Of a stretch of DNA of 36,567 nucleotides, positions 1-9,348 are shown piece after piece. How positions within the stretch are numbered: position 1 is the stretch's first letter; each line of letters begins with the position of its first letter. The notes beneath the pieces were generated by a model. The model worked only from the letters and a program-made list of their open reading frames with translations, was not told the origin of the DNA and did no database searches. Made by a program: the position numbers and the translations under genes. Source of the DNA: Octopus bimaculoides (Eukaryota); assembly GCF_001194135.2 (NCBI RefSeq), contig NC_068991.1:28906598-28943164 (forward strand). The letters run 5' to 3'.

Positions 1-239
1 GCTAGACCTCAGAAGGTGTTGCTTTGTACTGTCTGTAGAAAAAAATATTGTTGACCAACCTTACGTCGTTGCTGCAAGGAAAAAAAAAAACAATACAGGC
101 AAAATTTTTTTATGTATGTGCGTGTGTGTAGTATTTTTTTTCCTTGTGTGTTGTCCTGTAAGACAATAGATAGAAGCAACGTTGTTTGTTTTTTTTTCGT
201 TTTTCAAGCCATGTGGAGTCAGGCGAAAAGAAAAATCAC

Positions 240-545
240 TGTTCACTCGCTTTAGCTCCGTTCACGTGAGGCACATTACCGCTCGAGATAACGGGTGAAG
301 TTAGAGCAGGACCAGAATCTGCTGTGAGCTGCCAGTTTGCAGTGTTGCTCAGCGTGAGCGCGAGCGCAAAAGAGGAAGGGTTTTCTTAATACGCCCCCTT
401 AAATAGATGTTGTCCACGAGAGCCTCGCCCATGGCAACATGGTTGTAGGCGAGATCTCACTCTTGTCTTGGACATGGTAATGGCTGCTGGCTTCATGTGT
501 CACGCTACACACCTATCTCTTACCCAGGGACAAAGGGTAAGACCA
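240..545. promoter_or_regulatory. CpG-enriched segment with promoter-like motifs (may instead be a repeat)
   Basis: Many CpGs against an AT-rich background; CACGTG at 263-268; RFX-like half site CCATGGCAAC at 429-438; plus-strand donor-like AGG|GTAAGA at 537. No ORF supports it. Confidence 0.25.
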
Positions 546-1266
546 TAAATGTGGAAACCCCAAATCTGAGGCTAATACATATGTAAATACATATATTTTT
601 CCATACACATACACGTACACACACGCGTACAATACAATAACGTTTTTCCTATTTTATGGCAAACAGCTGTATCTTTTCTTTTATATTATCTACTTAAACA
701 TTTATTAATGACATGCTTCATGTCACACCAATGCATTGTTTTAAACAAATTCCTATTTATGATGATTCTCCCAATGAGACCGATCTTTTATCAAATTTTG
801 TCTGGAACACAGTTTATTAATGTTAACATTTAATACAATGTACAGAACAAAGCTTGGCAGAAAAGCTTTCGTCTTTTTGGAGATTAAAAAACACAGCACG
901 TGAAATACAATATGAAAATAACCAGGAATTAAAAGTTAAACAAGTCTAAATTCAGCGATGGCAGTCTTATCAGTTCTAATATTCCTATGATACAACGATA
1001 CTCCATTATTATCATTGTTGAATTTAGATGATGAGGTCAAGGTCTCGAATCGTTAAGGGACTTAAAACTTTATTATTCCAAACTAGATATAAAGAGCTTA
1101 TAGAGAAATATCTCGTAATAAATAATATTAATCTAAGATATTATTATGTTTTCAATACATACATGCATATATGTATGTTTTTATATTCTTATATACATAT
1201 ATGTATGCTTTTATATTCTTGTGTACATATATGTGTGTATGTACTGCGTGTGCGGACCACCCCACA

Positions 1267-2085
1267 CACAGTACGTCAGCTATTAGAGAAAAAAATTAAT
1301 TAAAAAGCAAAGCTGTTTATTAGAAATTTTTTTAATAGTTTTATAGAATTTGGTACACATTCTTACATGCACATAGCAAAAACTTATGCAACAAAAAGGA
1401 CATCAGTCTCTATTACTATTTCGGTAAGGACATCAGTCTCTATTACTACTTCGATAAAGCTTCTGAAACGATTAAATGCGCCTCTAATTTCAGACATCAA
1501 CGAGTCTTGGTATTGTGGGCTTGCTCGTTAGTCTCCCTCTCAACGACGTTAGGAGGTCAATAGTGTGGTGTGACTTGATCATAAAAATGTTCGGCCATCC
1601 ACTTCTGGCTTGTGCAGGTTGTGTTAAAGGCAGAATCTTGATGGAACGCGTACAGCCGCCTTCAAGCAACTTCTTTAATCCACGGTTTAACTACCATTGT
1701 CTCGATGGGGGCTGTGACACTGACCCTAAGACCTTGCAGGAATAGTGAGGAAGCATGATAGGACCCTCATTGCTAACGATTTCCAAGACTATCACAGACA
1801 ATGGAAACTTGGTGGGTATAACAGCGAGTACTTCAGAAGACACATTCTCACCAAAGGCTGGGAGCTTTTTTTTCTGATCTTAAACTCAAAGAACTTGATG
1901 GCATTTAAGAAAGCTGTAATCTCAGAAACACTGTAGTTGGCACCGATGATGACGAGAACGGTATACCTTTTCATTGTCTATGTTACATTCGATAGTTTCA
2001 TGTTGGGACTGAAAAAAGGGGATATTTATGTTTGGCCCACATATGATCCTTAAAAGTGTTGTTCTGAAATAGCTCACGTACTCTG
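1267..2085 (-). mobile_element. Internally deleted maT/DD37D-like Tc1/mariner transposon with both TIRs
   Basis: Minus-strand remnants read PTKFP..VIVL..VSNEG, VVKPWI, FHQDSA, QKWMAEHFYDQVTPHY*PPN, VVERETNEQAHNTKDSL and FNRFRSFIE. TIR pair: CACAGTACGTCAGCTATT (1267) vs the reverse complement CAGAGTACGTGAGCTATT ending at 2085, followed by TA. Confidence 0.8.
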
Positions 2086-2157
2086 TATACGTATACACGC
2101 GCGCGCGCACACACACACATACATACGTGCATACATATATGTATGTTTTATTTTATA

Positions 2158-2820
2158 TTAAGTTGTCAAGAAAGTTCTTGCGGTTTTTAACCTTTAAATT
2201 CAGATGCACATATCTCGGCTCAAAATTATATTAATCGAAATAAACACCATCAGAATCAACACACTTTTCCCAACGCGAAACAAGTTTATTTATGCCAGTA
2301 GCGTAAAAATCCTGTGTTCTTGTGGCGATGAAGTCGTTGAAGGCATGTCTGGCATCGTCTAGGCTTTTGAAGTATTTCTCNNNNNNNNNNNNNNNNNNNN
2401 NNNNNNNNNNNNNNNNNNNNNNNNNNNNNNNNNNNNNNNNNNNNNNNNNNNNNNNNNNNNNNNNNNNNNNNNNNNNNNNNNNNNNNNNNNNNNNNNNNNN
2501 NNNNNNNNNNNNNNNNNNNNNNNNNNNNNNNNNNNNNNNNNNNNNNNNNNNNNNNNNNNNNNNNNNNNNNNNNNNNNNNNNNNNNNNNNNNNNNNNNNNN
2601 NNNNNNNNNNNNNNNNNNNNNNNNNNNNNNNNNNNNNNNNNNNNNNNNNNNNNNNNNNNNNNNNNNNNNNNNNNNNNNNNNNNNNNNNNNNNNNNNNNGC
2701 TTCGTCGGCGTCCAACCACTGAGCTGAGCCGGTTGTCATAAAGAATCCACTTTTCATCGCAAGTCACAATCCGGTTGAGAAACGGGTCGTTCTTGTTGCG
2801 TAAAAGAAATCACAGAAACA
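2158..2820 (-). mobile_element. Mariner (DD34D) transposase fragment spanning an assembly gap
   Basis: NDPFLNRIVTCDEKWILYDNR (first catalytic D) at 2720-2790; C-terminus GINKLVSRWEKCVDSDGVYFD* ending at 2231; TA followed by TIR TTAAGTTGTCAAGAAAGTT at 2156-2176. The 5' part is missing. Confidence 0.9.
2381..2698. other. Assembly gap (N run)
   Basis: Run of N bases. Confidence 1.
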
Positions 2821-2889
2821 ACCAATTACAGAACTTCAAAAATATTCATGTGGCTGTTGACGAAATGTATCCATCAATTTCACTGTTGT

Positions 2890-3060
2890 GAACAAGTGTA
2901 ACAGTAAATTGATGAATTTTGTAAGTCAAAACAAAAACAAAATAGAGACAGAGGGAAAGGAATTTGAGGATTTCATCCTCAAAACCCCCAAGGACAGACT
3001 CTTAATTAAAAGGTCGTCAGACGTTTATAAAGCTGTAATAAAAAATTCCCAGGTAGTGTG
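2890..3060 (+). mobile_element. Possible P-element/THAP9-like transposase C-terminal relic
   Basis: KDRLLIKRSSDVYKAV resembles the K.RGGL..PS.DV motif of P-type transposases. The match is weak and short. Confidence 0.2.
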
Positions 3061-3119
3061 GGGATTTAAAACAAATTTGTTGATAAAAGGCTGTTGGAAG
3101 GACGTTTTAAAAAATTTTC

Positions 3120-4580
3120 GTTTGTAGAGAGGCCCGGAACTTCCGGGCTTCTCGAAAATCAAGGTCGTCTAGCATCCATTTTCGAGGACTACGAGGTATT
3201 CTCATCTTGTGGTCTATCAGGAGCGGGTAGCGGTGTAACAGTGCTACTCCGGAAATCCTTGGATTTTCAAGTACGAGCTATCTTCTTGGACTCGAGTGGT
3301 AGGGTGGTGGTCCTGGACATGAATGGCAGCGAAGGTGGCGCCTTTAGACTGGTGGCGGATCATGCTCCAACAGAGGTTGGAAGGCTAGATTTCTTTGGGC
3401 GTCTAGAAATATTCTTGGTAATGTCTCGCACTTTAGTACTAGTCGGGGACTGGAATAGTATTTTGGAAGCACGGAAAGACTGTGTGGGTTTAGTACATGG
3501 TAGAAGGTGTGTAAAAGCCTCGAAAACCTGCTCAGGACTTTCCAGCTTTCTGACAAGTGGTGGATCGCTCTGAAGGGAGCGATTAGAGTAGAATCGATAG
3601 CGCTTGGCAAAGATTTAGCCATAGAAAGAAATAGAGGGAGAACTAGTTAGCAAACTAGAAGAAACTATTAGTAAAAGCATCACGACCGATGTGTTAACGG
3701 CAAGAATGGCCCTTGACCATTTCTTTGAGGTGAAACACCAAGGGTGCATTGTCAGAGCTAAGGCTCGTGCACTAAAAATGGATTTCCCTGATGTACCAGT
3801 GTGGCAATGGAGCAACCACAGAGGGTCATCCAGATTGTATTTAGATAGAGTATTTGTTAGGTCAGAGGATAGGGATAGCATAAGTTGTCCACAATTTAAA
3901 TTGGTCAGCTACACAGATCACAAATTTGTGATATGCTCGGTCGATTTAGATAGGACCCGGTTACTGGAAGTTGAATGCGTCCTTATTGACTCGCAAAGAC
4001 TACAGGGACCGGATTAGTGAACTAAGTTAAGTGGCAGTTGACGGAGGCTATCGTCAAAAACCGGTGGTGGATCGCTCTGAAGGGAGCGATTAGAGTAGAA
4101 TCGATAGCGCTTGGCAAAGATTTAGCCATAGAAAGAAATAGAGGGAGAACTAGTTAGCAAACTAGAAGAGACTATTAGTAAAAGCATCACGACCGATGTG
4201 TTAACGGCAAGAATGGCCCTTGACCATTTCTTTGAGGTGAAACACCAAGGGTGCATTGTCAGAGCTAAGGCTCGTGCACTAAAACACGAAGGAATTAAAG
4301 CCGTCCGATGGGCACGAACAGTAGAGGCGCGACGTGGAAACAAAACCACGATCAAGTCTTTGACGCATCGGGACGGACACATGCCTCTCAGTCCCGAGGA
4401 GATGCGTGCGGCTTTCCAGCAGCACTTTGCGCGGATGTTTGGGGAGGGTGATGGGTCGACGACGATAGTGAACTTTACTTCGTACCTAGCAGGACTACTC
4501 GGTGACGGACACGAGATTCTGCAAAAAGTCGATTACAGCCTCTGAAATAAGGGAGGCAATGAGCGATTGCACAAGTCGCC
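3120..4580 (+). mobile_element. Tx1/L1-clade LINE, endonuclease and post-endonuclease region (pseudogenised, 3'-truncated)
   Basis: APE motifs SGVTVLL, GRVVVLD, LVGDWNSIL, YLDRVFV and YTDHKFV; downstream KHQGCIVRAKARALKHEG and AAFQQHFARMF. Frameshifts and stops present; it ends near a KSP motif before the RT domain. Confidence 0.85.
3557..3777 (+). repeat. 221-bp direct repeat of 4064-4284 (one mismatch)
   Basis: GTGGTGGATCGCTCTGAAGG...GCTCGTGCACTAAAA occurs at 3557-3777 and 4064-4284. The only difference seen is GAAGAAACT vs GAAGAGACT. Confidence 0.95.
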
Positions 4581-4581
4581 C

Positions 4582-5360
4582 AGTTGGGTCAATTTTTGTG
4601 TGACTTTCATCAACTATTTTATTTTCATCTTCCTTGATATTTATAGCTGGTTCAGAAAGTATTTCATTTTGCTTATCAGTTACATTGACTCTTTCTATCG
4701 TTTCATCAGACCTCAGTTGGTTTGTGATTATTTCTTCAGTAGTATCTTCTTTAGCTGCAAATTCGTTCATTTTATCCCTTACTGATTGCTTAATCTGGTC
4801 AATCTCTAATTCAGTTAGTAATTTCTTTTTTGTAATGTTTCTTCTGACGTTGGCAAGCTTGTTACTGTCTATGTAAGTTCTTACTCCAAGGTGCTTCTCA
4901 ATCCAGTTTAAGTAGGTTTGTTCAGTATTGGACTTATTTGTGGGGAAATAAATGGTACGATAGAAGGCCTTAAGAACTTCTTTATTATCTTCCCTGACCA
5001 TTTTTCATTCCTCTTCTTTTAATTATTTGGTGATGGCCATCTGTTGGAATATTCCGGTTGTGGGGTACTTCCAACTCCTATGCTTTGGGAAGATTTGAAC
5101 AAGTAATTTTTTGCCTCCAGTCTGGTTCTTCACTGGGGTGCACGGCCTTTGTTGACCCGGGTGACAGCCGATTCAGTGTGCATTTTGCTTTGAAGTCATT
5201 GAGACGCAAAGAGCTTGGACATTGACATTAGGGGATAGATCTGTTTGTTTAGCATTAACTTTTTGAGACAACACCACCTTTGAGTACTTTTAACGAAAAC
5301 GCTTCTCGTAACATAACTTCATAAGGCAAACAGAACGGTATTCGCCTTTATTTTTTTGTT
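4582..5360 (-). mobile_element. 5' fragment of an R4/Dong-like (REL-type) non-LTR retrotransposon
   Basis: ORF 4495-5001 reads (W)VREDNKEVLKAFY...QTYLNW..K...IDSNKLANVRRNITKKKLLTELEIDQIKQSV, the N-terminal Myb-like block I recognise from R4/Dong ORFs. The 5' side abuts an (AAT)n run at 5361-5376. Confidence 0.6.
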
Positions 5361-5376
5361 GATTATTATTATTATT

Positions 5377-5596
5377 AAGGCAGCAAGCGAGCAGAATTGT
5401 TAGTATGCTGGACGAAATGCTTAGCTGTATTTTGCCCGTCGCTACATTCTGAATTCAAATTCCGCCGAGGACGACTTTACCTTTCATCTTTTCGGGGTCG
5501 CCAAATTAAGTACCAGTTACGTACTGGGGTCGATCTAATCGACTGGCCCCCATCATCCCCCCAATTTCAGGCCTTGTCCCCAGAGTAGAAAGGATT
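5377..5596 (+). mobile_element. tRNA-derived SINE, family A (copy 1 of a tandem trimer)
   Basis: AAGGCAGCAAG..GCAGAATTGTTAG (A-box region), GAATTCAAATTCC (B-box), ending AGTAGAAAGGATT. Many further copies occur in the window. Confidence 0.9.
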
Positions 5597-5597
5597 A

Positions 5598-5814
5598 AAG
5601 GTGGCAAGCTGGCAGAATCATTTGCACACTGTACGAAATGCTTAATGGTATTTTGCTCGTCGTTACGTTCTGAGTTTAAATTCTGCCAAAGTTGACTTTA
5701 CCTTTCATCCTTTCGAGGTCGATAAATTAAGTGCTATTGAAACACTGGGGTCGATGTAATCGACTAGTTCCCTCTCTTGAAATTTCAGGCCTTGTGCCTA
5801 TAGTAGAAAGGATT
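5598..5814 (+). mobile_element. tRNA-derived SINE, family A (copy 2)
   Basis: Colinear with copy 1 and followed by an (ATT)n tail at 5815-5850. Confidence 0.9.
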
Positions 5815-5850
5815 GTTATTATTATTATTATCATCATTATAATTATTATT

Positions 5851-6060
5851 AAGGTGGTGAAGTAGCAGAAATGTTAGCATGCCGGGCGAAATGCTTAGTA
5901 GCATTTCGTCCGTCTTTACATTTTGAGTTGAAATTCTGCTGAGGTCGACTTTGCCTTTCATTCTTCTGGGGTCAATAAAATAAGTACTAGTTGAACAATG
6001 TAATCGACTAACCCGCTCCCTCAAAATTGCTTGCCTTGTACCAAAATCTGAAACCATTAT
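5851..6060 (+). mobile_element. tRNA-derived SINE, family A (copy 3, variant 3' end ..GTACCAAAATCTGAAACC)
   Basis: Colinear head and body with the other copies; different terminal segment. Confidence 0.9.
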
Positions 6061-6090
6061 AATTACACGCACACACATGTGCATGTGTGT

Positions 6091-6360
6091 GAGGGCATAT
6101 GGGCTAGTGATTAAGATGTTGTACTCACAATTGCAAGATTGTGATTTCAATTCCTAGATCAGGTGGTGCATTGTGTTCTTGAGCGAAACACTTCATCTCA
6201 CGTTGCTCTGCGATCACTTTGAGTTCTGATGTGTGGTACACTGAGCACCTGTTCAGACAATATCGATCTGATGGAGAGAGCGAGCTAATGTGTGGCACAA
6301 ACACTTGATCACTATAAACAAATCATTTGTGCAGGTCATTCAGAAAAAGCTGAATGCTCG
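6091..6360 (+). mobile_element. tRNA-derived SINE, family B
   Basis: GGCTAGTGATTAAG (A box), GATTTCAATTCC (B box) and central TGTGTTCTTGAGCGAAACACTTCATCTCACGTTGCT, shared with the copy at 29223-29485. Confidence 0.75.
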
Positions 6361-6527
6361 GCATGTAAAAAGCACCCACTACACTCTCAGAGTGGTTGGC
6401 GTTAGGAAGGGCATCCAGCTGTAGAAACTCTGCCAGATCAGATTGGAGTCTGGTGTAGCCATCTGGTTAGCCAGTCCCCAGTCAAATCGTCCAACCCATG
6501 CTAGCATGGAAAGTGGACGTTAAATGA
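6361..6527 (+). mobile_element. RTE-LINE 3' terminal segment (short retroposed tail)
   Basis: AAAAGCACCC..GAGTGGTTGGCGTTAGGAAGGGCATCCAGCTGTAGAAAC...CATGCTAGCATGGAAAGTGGACGTTAAATGA matches 21700-21855. Confidence 0.85.
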
Positions 6528-6699
6528 AAAAAAAAGATGAAAAATTAACAGCAAATTAATCATTTTCACTTACAGCTGTTTCAATTAATACTCAGTAAAT
6601 ATTAAGTAGATATTAAATTTAAATTTATCCTGAGCATAATATCTTCAGATGGAAAAAAATATACCCTTGGATGCTTTATCTGTATTTATGGATTCATTA

Positions 6700-7197
6700 T
6701 AGTAGATTGATTCAGTCTGTAGTGCTAATGACTTGACAATTTGCAACATTCACTTCAGGAAATCAATCAGCCACCCGGTCACCTATTAATCTGGTAAATA
6801 CACAAGCCAGATAGACTTCATCCTCCCCTGTGATATTAAGACTTCCCTTGGTGAAGAATGTATTACCCAACATAGATAAGTAACTTCAAAATAAGAACTA
6901 GATAGACTCAGAGACACAAAATAGTTTTAAGAAGGAAGATATAGAAGCTCAGAGATCCATTGAATAGTCAGAAATTAAGAAAAGTTCCAGTTGACAAAAG
7001 GAGATAGAAACTTAAAGGACAACTGAGAGTTGATAAACTTCCAGGGCTGTACACCAAATTCAATGGTTGGAGCCAGGTCCCTGCCAGATTGATGGTAACA
7101 TGGTGGTTGCACAGTGAAGAAGACAAGAATAACAATGAAGAGATAGTCTTGGAAAAATTTGGCAACAGAGAACTATAATAAGAAGCTAGCTGACTGG
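6700..7197 (+). mobile_element. RTE-clade LINE fragment (endonuclease C-terminus), left part
   Basis: LTICNIHFRKSISHPVTY*SG, SQIDFIL, GEECITQHR, VTWW and G.RELY are degenerate RTE motifs. Confidence 0.7.
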
Positions 7198-8237
7198 GGT
7201 AAATTTTGATACTTTCCACCCACACGATTTTCACTAACAAAAGGAAACTCAGATTTTTTGCATGGAATCAAGTATCCTGACCTCGTAATGTGTCATAACC
7301 CCCTTATTTTTGTTTAGAAAGAAAGATGGGGTGGGAAACTGGACACTCCCCTATCCCAGAATCATTGGAAATTTTTTCTTTTTCCATTGAATGAATTATG
7401 GTGACCAAATGTGCTACAAAACACCTTTTTTGGTCTGGAAAACAGGGTGTGAAACCCTTGGAAATTTCACCCCCCCTCCATTTTCAAATATTTGTTGTTG
7501 CTTCTTTCTTTACCCATATTTTTAGATAACATTTTGCAGAAATACATCTTTGAGAGAGTGTGGATTACATTAGATTGAAAATTCAAACAAGTTGAAAAGA
7601 ATAGGTGAAAATGCTGAGGTTATAGAAGTTAGTGGTAACGAAGTCTAAGGAGAGATAAAGAACGATACAAAATTCATCTAAAAAACACATTAATGTTTGT
7701 GTGAAACAAGTAAAAGTACAATATTAAAACAAAATATCTTTTTCATACCTCTTAAAATCACTGGAGGCACATTAGGAGGTCATCGTAATTCATTCAACGA
7801 AAAAATAATTTCCAATGATTCCAGGATGGGGGGAAGTCTGGTTTCCCACACTCTTTCTTTTTTCCGAACAAAAATAAGGGGTTTGTTGCACATTATTAGG
7901 TCAGGGTGTTTGATTCCATGCAAAAAATCTGAGTTTTTTTTTTCTCAGTGAAAATTGTGTGGTGTACTTTCCAATAGGGATGGGGTGAAATTTCTGGGGG
8001 TTCCACCCCACTCTGTTTCTGGACCAAAAAAAATGGGTTTTGTGGTATATCAGGAGGTTACCGCAATTCATTCAACAGGGGAAAAAAAAATTCTAATGAT
8101 TCCGGGATGGGGTCTGGTTCCCCCCTATATTTCCAAACAAAAATAAGGGGTTTGCGGCACATTAGGAGGTCAGGGTAGTTGATTCCATGCAAAAAATCGG
8201 AGTTGTTTTTTTCTTAATGAAAATATCAAAATTTACC
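7198..8237. mobile_element. Non-autonomous long-TIR element (GG..CC ends, Merlin-like or foldback) inserted in the RTE LINE
   Basis: Ends are GGTAAATTTTGATA / TATCAAAATTTACC. The ~280-bp left arm (7198-7478) is inverted relative to two tandem right arms (7770-7965 and 7980-8237). Flanks CTGACTGG / ATCACTGG match at 6 of 8 bases. Confidence 0.75.
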
Positions 8238-8245
8238 ATCACTGG

Positions 8246-8570
8246 TATTGAGACGTAAAAAATCAGAATTTTGCCAGTGTTCTACAGCATGAGATATTCC
8301 AGATTGCAAGGTCATAGGATTCAAATGAAATGAGACATAACAGAGAAGTATGTATAAGATAATAGCATACTTGCTCTTCTGACATTTAAAAGAAAGAGAT
8401 AGAGAAATGTTATGTAGGTTGTTCAATGAAGAGAACATCTTCCTAGAGTAAGATCTAACAGAGGGATCAGCCATCCATCTTAATTGTATGATGGCTAAAG
8501 CAATTAAAGATATAAAGATAGGGATGGTATATATAGTCAAGTAGGTAGTGCAGGAAGCTGTCAGATTCAA
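8246..8570 (+). mobile_element. RTE-clade LINE fragment, right part (continues 6700-7197)
   Basis: NFASVLQHE.IFQIAR, EKY.*D, RLFNEEN and AKAIKDIKIG, the next RTE motifs in the expected order. Confidence 0.65.
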
Positions 8571-8632
8571 GGACAGATGACAACATCATTATCATTGTCA
8601 ACTATTACAAAGTCAAAGATGATGCACTAGAC

Positions 8633-9188
8633 CAGGGGTCGGTGAATAGGAGTAAATTACCTTAAGTGGGGTAAAAATTAAAATTTTGGGGGTTAATGAA
8701 GATTCATTAGACATAAGTAAAATTATATAAAGAAACATGTTCCTTGTTATGACAGAAATTGTTCTTCTGGCATGAGGAAGCAGTCAAAAAGTTGCTGCCT
8801 TTTGCAACAACTTACCTTTGCGAACAAGAATTTTCCACTCTAATGAACATAAAAGCAAAGCAGAGTAATTGATTGAACCCTGAAGACTGTATCCAAATTG
8901 CTTTGGCATCAAAATGCCCCAATTTTGATGTAATTGTAACAAAAATGAAACCACATCATTTCTCCAAAACCTGAAGTGAAAAAGTTTCTAGAAAAATCCT
9001 TTTGTTTCATAATGAGGATATTAATTTATTTTATATTTTTCATATTTATAATAGTATTCTCCATATAAATAGATTCAATAAACCCTTTGAATTCAAATAA
9101 TCTATGATTTCCTTTCAAATCAGGGGGGGGGGGGGTAAAGTTAGCATAAATAAATATATTTTGGGGTAACTGGTTAAAAAATTCCCTG
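8633..9188 (+). mobile_element. hAT (Charlie/Buster-type) deletion derivative
   Basis: EAVKKLLPFATTYLCEQEFSTLMNIK (hAT dimerisation domain); ends CAGGGGT..TTCCCTG. Flanks CACTAGAC (8625-8632) and CACAAGAC (9190-9197) match at 7 of 8 bases and fit the Charlie NNCTAGAN target preference. Confidence 0.85.
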
Positions 9189-9303
9189 ACACAAGACAAA
9201 AGAGGGAATCTAAACCAACAGTGCTATTGTTCACCATATCAGATATAAAATTCTCAAAAAATAAATAAATAGATAAATAAGACAAAGAAGATTTTTTTAC
9301 TGC

Positions 9304-9348
9304 TTTATTTATAAAATATTTATAATTGTAAGATTATTTTTGTTTATT
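9304..9348 (-). terminator. Candidate polyadenylation signals of the UGT gene
   Basis: Minus-strand AATAAA at 9343-9348, directly after the TAA stop, and at 9304-9309, followed by a T-rich tract. Confidence 0.5.

Noticed and set aside
2231-2767. Long ORFs spanning the first gap
   Set aside because: Their length comes from N runs; the real sequence is a mariner fragment.
5377-6160. tRNA-like A/B boxes suggesting tRNA genes
   Set aside because: They are heads of multi-copy diverged SINEs, with no intact cloverleaf or pol III terminator.
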